From positions 66,898,001 to 66,962,000 of the forward strand of contig OX597827.1 in assembly GCA_951406725.2 (NCBI GenBank): a DNA stretch of 64,000 nucleotides, read 5' to 3'. This DNA comes from Octopus vulgaris (Eukaryota). Below are positions 52,942 through 64,000 of this stretch, piece by piece. The notes under the pieces were generated by a model. That model ran no database searches. It worked only from the letters and a program-made list of their open reading frames with translations, and had not been told where the DNA came from. The translations under genes and the position numbers were made by a program. The number at the start of each line of letters is the position of its first letter. Positions within the stretch are counted from its first letter, which is position 1.

Positions 52942-53222
52942 TATTAAAATTATAATTAAGTGTATCTAAGAGATACCATCCACGCTAGAAATAGCAGCCA
53001 AAACTTGACTCTGAAACCATATTAAATGTTCATACAGCACCAGGAGAGAGCACAAAAAGAAAATAAACTAGCAAAAATGTAATTTTCTTGCTAGTTTATT
53101 TTGTCTCTGTCTTCTCTCCTAGTGTTGTATGAATAATACTTGATGTGGTTTCAGAGTCAAGTTTTGGCTGCTATTCCTAGGTTGTCGGATTTTTTTAGAT
53201 ACCCTTAATTATAATTTTAATA
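52942..53222. repeat. Long imperfect inverted repeat (about 137-bp arms, very short loop)
   Basis: TATTAAAATTATAATTAAG...GAAATAGCAGCCAAAACTTGACTCTGAAACCA...AAATAAACTAGCAA is mirrored by TTGCTAGTTTATTT...TGGTTTCAGAGTCAAGTTTTGGCTGCTATTC...CTTAATTATAATTTTAATA. Confidence 0.85.
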
Positions 53223-53326
53223 ATTAATTATAACTTTCAGGTTTTTTTATTCCCATGCTAACCACCTGATATGATCGGTATTTTAAATAAACGATCTTAT
53301 CCTTATTTATATAAATAAATAAATAA

Positions 53327-53423
<97 letters not shown>

Positions 53424-53428
53424 TACAT

Positions 53429-53722
53429 GTGGAGGCGCAATGGCCCAGTGGTTAGGGCAGTGGACTCGCCGTCGTAGGATCGCGGTTTCGATTCCCAGAC
53501 CAGGCGTTGTGAGTGTTTATTGAGCGAAAACACCTAAAGCTCCACGAGGCTCCGGCAGGGGATGATGGCGATCCCTGCTGTACTCTTTCGCTACAACTTT
53601 CTCTCACTCTTTCTTCTGTTGGCCTGCTCGCTTAGCCAGCGGGGTCGCGTCATTTGAAGGCTAAAACAATGCGAAGCGCATTGTGACCAGCGATGTGTAG
53701 CAACATCTAATAGTCTGGTGAT
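53429..53722 (+). mobile_element. SINE S3 (tail type B, RTE-like 3' end)
   Basis: S3 head with tail GCGAAGCGCATTGTGACCAGCGATGTGTAGCAACATCT...CTGGTGAT. Confidence 0.85.
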
Positions 53723-54053
53723 ATATACCTACATGCATATTTGCGTGTCTATGCCAGTTTGTAAGAATGTTTGTATAAATGTATGCGCGTATGTCGCAAT
53801 ATATATATATATCGGTTTGTGTGTGTATGTATGTGCATATGCGTGATATTGCTTTTTGCTGATCTACCACCATGGGGTTTTGTTCCTGTTGGGTTCATTT
53901 ATGCAGCATAAATTTGTCGTACGACTTAAAGATTGAGAACATTCTTATTACATATGCAAATAAACTGCGGGGTCGATATATCGATGAGAAACTTATAAGA
54001 TGCCGTGCATATATACTCGACCGCAGTACAATGATAGCATATCCAGAAAAGGA

Positions 54054-54533
<480 letters not shown>

Positions 54534-55316
54534 AAAGAACTTGCGAACACCAATGCTTGCACAAGTTTATGATGTATAGTAGACGTTTGGAACATGAAAT
54601 ATCTTTGAGTCTCGCGGAGACGAAATAAAATAAGATGAGCAGTAATACAGATGCAAAAGATTAAAAAAAAACTTCTCTTTGAAATATTCTTTGGAACTGT
54701 TTAATATTATGATGCTCCTAAATAAACTGGTGTGGAAACAAAAAGAATATATGTGGTTAGGGTCAGTAACAGCGGCGGAATAGGTTAAAGGCTGAAGCCT
54801 ATCTTTGATGCTGGAGAAAAAACAAAATGAAAGCGGAATAAAGATATAAATGAAAAAAAAAAAAAATATGTGAGACGAACGAGGAATGACAGACGGATGG
54901 AGAGAAAGAAAAACCGGAAAAAGAAAATAAGATTGAAGGAATGAGAGACAGAGACAGAAAGAGTGATAGAGAGAGACAGAGAGAAAATAATCCGGAAATC
55001 CTATAATAAAAAAATAATAAAAAAAACAAAAAAAATATTTAAACAAATGCACGTTTTCAAAATTACAGACTCGTAAAACGGTCTATCGACCGGCTGCAGA
55101 GGTGTTTCCACGTGTTGTTGCCATTTGAAGTTGTTGATCTCTCTAGTTCTGTCTGATAGTGGAACATTCAAAAAGATAATATCTCAAAAAAAAAGATGAG
55201 ATGAAAAGAAGAGAAAAGAAAAGAAGAAAAATAAATAATAAATAATAATAATAAACGAAACTGAAAGCGATGCAAGCAAGACACACACACACATACACAG
55301 AAATACACATGTCGAC

Positions 55317-55353
<37 letters not shown>

Positions 55354-55560
55354 CACACACACATTGTCACATTGTTGAAGGCAATAAGCACAAAAATTAC
55401 AAAATGAGAGGAATGCTGTAACAAATGATGCGTGTCTCAGTACACCTATATATATGTGTGTGTGTGTATGTGTGTGTGTGTGTGTGTGTATCTGTGTCTG
55501 TGTGTACGTGCGTGTGTGCGTGTGTCTGTGCCTGTGTACTCTCCCTATGTATATATATAG

Positions 55561-55595
<35 letters not shown>

Positions 55596-55680
55596 TATTA
55601 TATTATTATTATTATTATTATATACTATAATATGATTAGGCAATCGATAAATAGTGCTGATCAGTTGAGATAATTTGGGA

Positions 55681-55945
55681 AAGAAACAAGAAGAAGAAGA
55701 TCAAGAACAAGAAGAAGAAGAACAACAACAACAAGGAGAAGAAGAAGACGAGGAAGAAGAAGAAGAGGAAGAGGAAGAGGAGGAGGAGGAGTAATAACAA
55801 CAACAACAAGAGGAAGAAGAAGAACAACAACAACAATAGGAAGAAAAAGAAGAAGAAGAAGGAGGAGGAGGAGGAGGAGGAGGAGAAGAAGAAGAAGAAG
55901 AAGAAGAAGAAGAAGAAGAAGAAGAAGAAGAAGAAGAAGAAGAAG

Positions 55946-55975
<30 letters not shown>
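55681..55975. repeat. (GAA)n/(GGA)n/(CAA)n purine-rich tract
   Basis: Direct observation. Confidence 0.95.
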
Positions 55976-55976
<1 letters not shown>

Positions 55977-56425
55977 GGGTGCAATATCTGCATTCACAGC
56001 AACAAGCGATAAAAAAAACAAAAAACTAAAGAGCTAAAGATGGGATCGAGGAAGCGAAAGGGGCGAGGTAAGTTGAGAAAGCAAAAACATTTAGAAACGT
56101 GTATAAAAATGTGAAAATTGCAGGGATTGAAGTCGTTTGAAAGTGTTTGATGTTCAGTGGGAATACCGGAAATCATTTAAAGATATTGGACGTGTGTAGC
56201 ATGATCCAGGACAATGGCAAAGATGACGAGGCTTCACGATGATGACAATTATGAATATGATAATGATGGATATGATGATAATGATGATGATGGTGATATG
56301 ACGATGGTGACGATATTACATGAGAGGGACATTAGCAGAGATTCAACAATAGTTGTAACGGCAGTAGCAGTCGTAGTAGTATTAGTTGTAGTAAGAGTAC
56401 TAACAACAGCAGTAGTTGAAGCATT

Positions 56426-56507
<82 letters not shown>

Positions 56508-56805
56508 AATATACATATATATATACATATATATGTATATAATGATATAAGAAATTTAAAAGGGAAAATACACACACTAGTTAGATTTAATATAGTTTTT
56601 CGCTATTCATGATATTATGGTTTACTTATTTGAATATATATTTTCTTAAGAAGAAACTTTGTCCATGTTGTGTGTGATGATATTTACGAGTGAATGACTT
56701 CACAAGTAGAAAAATAATTGGAGGTAATTGCTTATCATTATTATTAGTATTGTTGTGGGTAAGGGAGATAACTGTTCAGCTTTCGGTAAGGGTAGGGGAA
56801 TATAC

Positions 56806-56842
<37 letters not shown>

Positions 56843-57168
56843 GGTAAACAGTAAAAATAATTACAGACATGGACAAGAACATGAAACGCCACAGAGACGA
56901 CACAAGAACCACAGGACGGGACATTCGAAGCCCTCAGTCATCAGTCAAGAACCAGATCATCTTAGCAATTTCGGCTGATTAATCTTGAGATTGCTCCGAT
57001 ATGGGCAGCCCGCCACGGGAAATCTAAGCCAAGTGCATTAGATCCCCTGGAAGAAAGCTTCGAATGTATACAACACGAGGACGGAAAACGAACGAAGTAC
57101 ACGAACAAAAATACAGAATACGTGACAACAATAAGAATACAAAAACATATATATATATACATACATAC

Positions 57169-57246
<78 letters not shown>

Positions 57247-57417
57247 AGACAAAACAAAGTTTCAAAAAAATTGTTTAGTGAGGGAATTTATGGACAATGA
57301 TGTATTCGTGAATTGAAATATGTAAAAAGATAAAAGTCGGTTATGCGTGCATATTAAGACGTGTTCTGTATTTTTCAATGAAAAAAGTTTCTTTATTGAA
57401 ACGTTCCTGTGGAGATG

Positions 57418-57492
<75 letters not shown>

Positions 57493-57514
57493 TATACGTA
57501 AGGCTAAAAAATAC

Positions 57515-57750
57515 CTGTGTGGTAAGAAACTTGCTTCTCAACCTCATGTCTCCGAGTTCAGTCTTATTGCGTGCTACATAGCGTGAGTGACTTTCACTAT
57601 AGGCTCTGGCCGACTACCAAATCCACTCACAAGGCTTTAGTCGGCCAGAGGCTAGAGTAGAAGACACTTACCCAAGGTGCCACGTAATCGCACTGAACTC
57701 AGAACCATGTGGTTGGTAAGCAAGCTACTTACCACACAGCCACTCTTGCA
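57515..57750. mobile_element. Two S1 5' halves in convergent inverted orientation forming a fold-back
   Basis: 57515-57615 (+, diverged) and 57616-57750 (-) are reverse-complement homologues. Confidence 0.7.
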
Positions 57751-57795
57751 ACTATGTATACATGTATGTATGAATATATATACCTATATGTATAT

Positions 57796-57905
57796 ATCAC
57801 CTTCACCTTGACCGACCAGATGTTGCTACACATCGCTGGTCACAATGCGCTTCGCATTGTTTTAGCCTTCAAATGACGCCACCCCGCTGGCTAAGCTAGC
57901 AGGCC
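57796..57905 (-). mobile_element. SINE tail-B fragment
   Basis: The reverse complement matches 53620-53722. Confidence 0.75.
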
Positions 57906-57963
57906 ATATGTATATGTATATATATATATATACACACATACACATGTATTTATATGTATGTGT

Positions 57964-58007
<44 letters not shown>

Positions 58008-58363
58008 TTATGTATACATTTGTATGTATGTATATAAACGATTGAGAGAACACTGATTGTGAAAGGGCATTTGAAAATTAATGTTTGGAAGTATAGTATT
58101 TAATAACACTTTGACTGCACTCCATATTGCATAAAGTCATCAGAGCGTTGGATACATGCAGATCCTCACCTGACCGAAGAGCTGTCGAGAGAGTCTAAAA
58201 GCAATCCTGCAGGGCATGTTACATTAGAGTATACAGGCTTCCATTAACCAATTGAAATCAGGATGTCGTTTTGACTATCTTAGCGACATCAGTTATTTTT
58301 TTAGATAGGTCACGTTAATGAGGCAAGAGGATGCACTATGTATATGTATTATGTAGGAAGGTT

Positions 58364-58493
58364 GGTAGGTAGGTCGGTAGGTAGGTAGGTAGGTAGGTGG
58401 GTAGGTAGGTAGGTAGGTAGGTAGGTAGGTAGGTAGGTAGGTAGGTAGGTAGGTAGGTAGGTAGGTAGGTAGGTAAGTGGGTAGGTAGGTGGG
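58364..58493. repeat. (GGTA)n microsatellite
   Basis: Direct observation. Confidence 0.95.
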
Positions 58494-58514
58494 TATCGTG
58501 GCTATTATTATAAA

Positions 58515-58690
58515 CTATTAAGTCGATTATATCGACCTCAGTGCGTAACTGGTACTTATTTTAATCGACCCCGAAAGGATGAAAGGTAAAGTCGACCTCT
58601 GCAGAATTTGAACTCAGAACGTAACGGCAGACGAAATACCGCAAAGCATTTCGTCCAGCGTGCTTAACGACTCTGCCAGCTCGCCGCCTT
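58515..58690 (-). mobile_element. SINE S2
   Basis: S2 core and head. Confidence 0.85.
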
Positions 58691-58737
58691 AAAGAACAAC
58701 AACAACAACAACAATGAAGTAAGAACAACAAAACATC

Positions 58738-58790
<53 letters not shown>

Positions 58791-58807
58791 TAATAATAAT
58801 AATTATA

Positions 58808-58878
<71 letters not shown>

Positions 58879-59420
58879 AAGAAGAAGAAGAAGAAGAAGA
58901 AGAACAACAACAACAACAACAACAACAACAGCAACAAAAACACTTTCAACAACAATGGAATGTTATTCATGGCTTTTTCTTTTGTTTATTCATAATATGA
59001 GAGCAATTTCTGTTTTTGACTAAATTAAGGACATGACTGATATTCGATCGCGGGGCAATGGTTAATGATGTTTCCAGATTTGATTAAAGGTTTAAGAAGA
59101 GAATGAACCCAATGGCCGTCGCACATATTAAATAAACAATATGATATGTACATACCCTAACAAATGCATACACACTTATATGCATGTTCCGATGGTTTCA
59201 AATTATTAGTACAAGCGTGGTAATTTAGGCACCAGCGCTCAGGTGATACTTATTTCATCCAGCACCAAAAGAAAAAAGAAAAGAAAAATGGAGGAAAGCG
59301 TAAGTCGTCCCCGGTAGTATTAGAACTCGGAACCAAAGGACGGGCGAAAAGCAACTAGGCAGTTTGTTCTGCGTGTCAACGATTCTACCAGCATGCCAAT
59401 TTGTTTTGTTTTTTTATATT

Positions 59421-59724
59421 TTCGCCCTTTAGAAGCCTAGCCAGGCTCAAAGGCCCGTTCCCCCGGTTTCTGTGGCGTCTGTTCCCCACCCAGCTGGACG
59501 GGACGCCAGTCTATTGCAGCGTTACTCAAGAAACAGGAAGAGAGGTTAAGAGAAAGTTGTGGCGAAAGGGTACAACAGGGGTCGCCACCACTCCCCGCCG
59601 GAGCCTCGTGGAGCTTTTAGTTGTTTTGGCTCAATAAGCACACACATCGCCCGGTCTGGGAATCGAAACCATGATCCTCCGACCGTCAGTCCGCTGCCCT
59701 AACCACTGGGCCATTGCGCCTCCA
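59421..59724 (-). mobile_element. SINE S3 (tail A)
   Basis: Matches 15297-15605. Confidence 0.85.
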
Positions 59725-59959
59725 ATTTGGCTATATGCATGTTATGAATGCACACACGCACACATCCATAGACGCAGAGACAGATACGTCTCTGTCTGCT
59801 TGTCTGCATGTCTGCATGTCTGCCTCTGTCTGTCTGTCTCTCTGTCTGCCTCTCACTCTGTATATATATCTATTTTTTTATGTATCTATCTATATATGAG
59901 TGTGTAAGTGTGAGTATCTGTGTATCTGTGCATGCATGTATATTTTTATTTCATTTTTT

Positions 59960-60472
59960 AAATTTTATTTTAATTAGTTTCAGCTCACAAGCTGTGGCCA
60001 TGCTGGGGCACCGCCATTTGGTGTTGCTACATGATTTTACTTCACGAATGCTTTTTAGCAAATGTCATCTGGTGAATGAGAGAGTTCGATGCAGCTGCCC
60101 TCATCTGCACCTCCTGCCGTGAAGTTGGTTCATCTGGGACACCTGACAAGAAGAGATCCAGTTTCATTTTAAAGACATTTGCATCCACCCCATGCAAGTC
60201 CCTTAGGTTCTTTGGGAGGATATTGAAGAGCTGTGGACCTCGGAAGCCCAGGCTATCACAGTATCTTGTCCTACATCTTGATGGCAAATTTGGAGTCCTT
60301 GGCACTATGCAGTGGCGCCCAGTTCTGGCATTTGAGTAACTCTCGATGCCAAAGTTTGGTACAAGTCCTTCTAGGATCTTCCAGATGTATATTATGGCAT
60401 ATCTTTCTCGCCTACGCTCTAAGGAATAGAGTCTCAATCATTTGAGTCTTTCCCAATAGCTTATATGCTGCA
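59960..60472 (-). mobile_element. 3' end of a second CR1-group LINE
   Basis: SYWERLK*LRLYSLERRRERYAIIYIWKILEGLVPN...RGPQLFNILPKNLRDL..FKMKLDLFLSGVPDEP..AASNSLIHQ, stop at 60042, then a short 3' UTR. Confidence 0.85.
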
Positions 60473-60524
60473 CATGTATGAATACATGTATGCAGTTGCA
60501 ATATACGATATATATGTATGTATG

Positions 60525-60597
<73 letters not shown>

Positions 60598-60861
60598 TGT
60601 ACACAGAACACGTTTTAATTGCTTTAGTTATGATACACCGAAACGCAAAACATACATTTAAACGCTCAGTCACGCATATGTTTACACGCGCATTCACACA
60701 TCCACAGATAACTTATATTTCTGTGTTTCTCTATGTATGCATATATGTCTATGTGTTTGTATACATACATACACGCATACATACATATACATACATACAT
60801 ACATACATACATACATACATACATACATACATACATACATACATACATACATACATACATA

Positions 60862-61208
60862 CAATGCTTGGTATCTCGTTGAGAGAGCACATCAGTAGCG
60901 AGATCATCAGAAAGAAGTCCGGCGTGAGAGATGTCATCGCAGAGTATACACGCAGAAAGTTTAGACGGGCTGGACACGTCACCCGCCTCACCGATAATCG
61001 GTGGACCCATGCAGTTGTCGAATGGTACCCGCGCGAGCGGAAAAGTCCACCCGGATGTCCTCCACGACGGTGTAGTTACGATTTCAGGAGGACGATTGGG
61101 ATCACGTGGATGAGAAAGGCGCAATCCAGAGAGGAGTGGACAGCGTGCTGTGACCAGCGGCGTCAAATGGACGCCTGACGGACTGGTCGGTCAAGGCGAT
61201 CAAGGTGA
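60862..61208 (+). mobile_element. 3' end of an RTE-group LINE
   Basis: MLGISLREHISSEIIRKKSGVRDVI..RKFRRAGHVTRLTDNRWT..VEWYPRERKSPPGCPPRR..W..AQSREEW, stop at 61178, running into (TA)n. Confidence 0.85.
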
Positions 61209-61232
61209 TATATATATATATATATATATATA

Positions 61233-61565
61233 TCCTAGCACTCCATCGTTTATGACGCCGAGTGTCCCAGCTGATACGATATTGACGGAACAGCATGCTC
61301 GTGAAATTAACGTGCAAGTGGCTGAGTACTCTACAGACACGTGTACCTTTAATGTAGTTCTCAGGGAGATTCAGCGTGAAACAGAGTGTGGCAGGGCTGG
61401 CCCTTTGAAATAAAGGTACTACTCATGTTTGCCAATAGAGTAGACTGGCGCAACGCGAAATAATGTGTATTTCTGAAGGACACAACGCGTCGCCGAGAAT
61501 TGAACTCACGACCTTACGATAGTGAGTCAAATACGCCAACCACCACTAAGCTACGTGTCTTCACT
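61233..61565 (-). mobile_element. SINE S4-related
   Basis: tRNA-like head (GTGAAGACACGTAGCTTAGTGG...GAGTTCAATTC) and core similar to 21470-21610. Confidence 0.65.
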
Positions 61566-61928
61566 ATATATTTGTGTGTGTGTGTGTATCTATATGCACA
61601 CACACACACACACACACACACACCGTAAATGTATACATATGCATTCATATACATATGCATTCACACACACGTTGTTAGGTATTCACGCCATTTATGCATG
61701 TGTATTAAGCAAGCTCTGTATATTATATGCTCTCGTCCCTTTCAGCACTTACGCCTGTATGTATCGTTAATTGCCCATACGAATTCAGACGTACACACAG
61801 ACACACCTGGTGAAACGCCGTAGGAGTCGTAACAGCGGCAGCTTTCAACAACGGTTTGTACATCAGATGCGTTGCGAGGAAATTAGCGCTTAAACAAATG
61901 CAACAAGAGAAAAACGGAGAAGAACTTT

Positions 61929-62226
61929 AGGAAGGAAGAAAGGAAGGAAGGAAGGAAAGAAGGAAGGAAGGAAGGAAGAAGGAGAAGAAGAAGAAAAAGA
62001 AGAAGAAGAAGAAAAGGAGGAGGGGGAGGAGGGAGAAGAGAGAAGGAAGAGAAGAAGAAGAAAAGGAGGAGGAAGAAGGTGAAGAGAGAAGGAAGAGAAG
62101 AAGAACAGGAGGAGGAGGAGGAGAAGGAGGAGGAGAAGAGGAGGAGAAATAGAAGAAGAAAGGGAAGAAGAGAAGAAGAAGAAAATGAGGAGGAAGAAGC
62201 GGAGGAAGAGAACAAAAGGAAGGAGA

Positions 62227-62257
<31 letters not shown>

Positions 62258-62390
62258 AAGAAGAAGAAGAAGAAGAAGACCAGCAACAACAACAAACAGC
62301 AGAAGAAGAACAACAAACAGCAGAAGAAGAACAACAAACAGCAGAAGAAGAGCAACAATAGCAACTTGAAGAACCTGAAGAAGAAGAAAT
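61929..62390. repeat. Purine-rich (GGAA)/(GAA)/(GGA) low-complexity tract
   Basis: Direct observation. Confidence 0.9.
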
Positions 62391-63181
62391 AAGGCAGATG
62401 GGAACAGAAGAGGAAATTAAGAAATGAAAAATAAAAATAAGCGAAAATTACAGCAAAAGAAATGAGATAGGACAAAAGCCAAGAAGAATACGAAAAAAAC
62501 AATATATATATGATGAAGAAGAAAAATTAGAAGCGAAAGTGAAAGTAGATGAAAAAAAGAGATGTGCTAATGATAAGAGAAAAGTATTTATATGTTACAA
62601 TAAGAGAGAACGATAGAGAAAGAGAAAGACAGAAATAGTGATAGAGCCTCTGAGAGAGAAAGATTGAAAGAACAGCACAAAAATAGAGACAGAGAGAGAT
62701 TGAAGGAACAGCACGGAGAGAGAGAGTGTGTGTGACAGAGAGAGGGGGACAGCAGGAAGGGCAGGTGAGCGGAATAGCAAATAGAGGGAGAGATTATGAT
62801 AGCACTATGACATTCGGAGAGAGTGAGAGTGAGGAGCACACAATGTGAAGAGAGACATATTGACATACAGTGAGAGATAGCGAACACAATACACGTATGT
62901 ATATGTGTGTGTGTGTATGCACACATACATACATGCATACACACACACACACATACACACATATATAAACAGACGTACATAAATTTTAACACACACAAAC
63001 ACACTAATACAACAGAACAATAAGATGGAATCGACAAATATCCTGTTACATCTTAATTATGAATGAACGTATAATTAATTGAATTGTAGGTCTGTTTTAG
63101 AGATGTATAGGCAGTTGATAGAAAGACAGACAGACAGACAGACAGAAAGACAGACAGATAGATAGATAGATTGACTGATAG

Positions 63182-63245
<64 letters not shown>

Positions 63246-63248
<3 letters not shown>

Positions 63249-63375
63249 TTTCTTTATTAGCCACTCAGGGCTGAACATAGACGGGGCTAATTACAAAGTA
63301 GAGCTTTTCTTTTTAGGGAGAAAAAAGTGGGCTAGGTTTTCGATCAAATGGGGTTCGTAACGATTTTCAAAAGGG

Positions 63376-63378
<3 letters not shown>
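63246..63378 (-). mobile_element. Probable non-LTR element 3' UTR fragment inserted in (GA)n/(GATA)n
   Basis: The terminus TTTCTTTATTAGCCACTCAGGGCTGAACATAGA resembles the S2 tail. Flanked by microsatellite on both sides. Confidence 0.4.
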
Positions 63379-63420
<42 letters not shown>

Positions 63421-63446
63421 GAGACGAAGGGTGGCAGAGAGAAATT

Positions 63447-63828
63447 GACGGCTTGGATTATATATACGTATATACATGCGTATATATGTATGTTTTTGTT
63501 CGCGTGCGTAAGTGAGCGATTGTGTGTGTGTGTGTGTGTATGTGTGTGTGTGTGTGTGTGTGTGCGTGTGTGTGAGGGAGAGAAGCGGTGTGCTAGAGAT
63601 GGAGAGCTTAAAGCTGTGAGGACGAGGATTATTGAGTACGGCTTGGATTATATATACTTATATACATGTGTATATATGTATGTTTTTGTTCGAGTGCGTA
63701 AGTGAGCGATTGTGTGTGTGTGTTTGTGTGTGTATGTGTGTGTATGTGTGTGTGTGCGTGTGTGTGAGGGAGAGAAGCGATGTGCTAGAGATGGAGAGCT
63801 TAAAGCTGTGAGGACGAGGATTATTGAG
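63447..63828. repeat. Tandem duplication of a ~190-bp unit
   Basis: ACGGCTTGGATTATATATAC...GCTGTGAGGACGAGGATTATTGAGT occurs twice in tandem (63447-63637 and 63638-63828). Confidence 0.85.
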
Positions 63829-64000
63829 TGACAGAATTTGGGTGTACAGAAAGAAAATATTTGAAAGTGTTAATTAAGAATGGAATAATTTAAAAGTAAC
63901 AAGGTACAAAGAAAGAACGAAAAGAATGAGTGAATGAATGAGAACAGGAATGAAAGAATAAATGAAGTAATTAAGTCATACAGAACTTCAAAAACAAAAA

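Noticed and set aside
62079-62369. Glu/Arg-rich ORF
   Set aside because: Translation of a GAA/GGA low-complexity tract.

Overview
This is an AT-rich, very microsatellite-dense eukaryotic window. Its tRNA-derived SINE families and repeat landscape resemble a coleoid cephalopod (Octopus-like) genome; this is recall-based inference. No host protein-coding gene could be supported, and almost all ORFs in the supplied track are microsatellite or antisense-SINE artefacts. The recognisable content is mobile DNA: about 30 SINE copies in at least four families (working labels S1-S4), a young 5'-truncated CR1-group LINE with an open RT frame (29180-30520, -), 3' ends of a second CR1-group LINE, two RTE-group LINEs and an R4/Dong-like element, a decayed Penelope-like (RT + GIY-YIG) element, four Tc1/mariner remnants or MITEs, two non-autonomous Helitrons, and a probable LTR with PBS. 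The most notable signal is a set of at least 13 minimal type-I hammerhead-ribozyme-like motifs in several small non-coding modules lodged in (TA)n or (AAT)n microsatellites. Most share an extra nucleotide after A9 and a palindromic ACGU helix III, and their stem I sequences covary. They include a retrozyme-like head-to-tail trimer of about 200-bp units (8955-9541) and two palindromic elements that join a tRNA-like Pol III head, an (AAT)n spacer and a hammerhead tail (31121-31764, 38575-39441). All calls are by eye, and boundaries of decayed elements are approximate.
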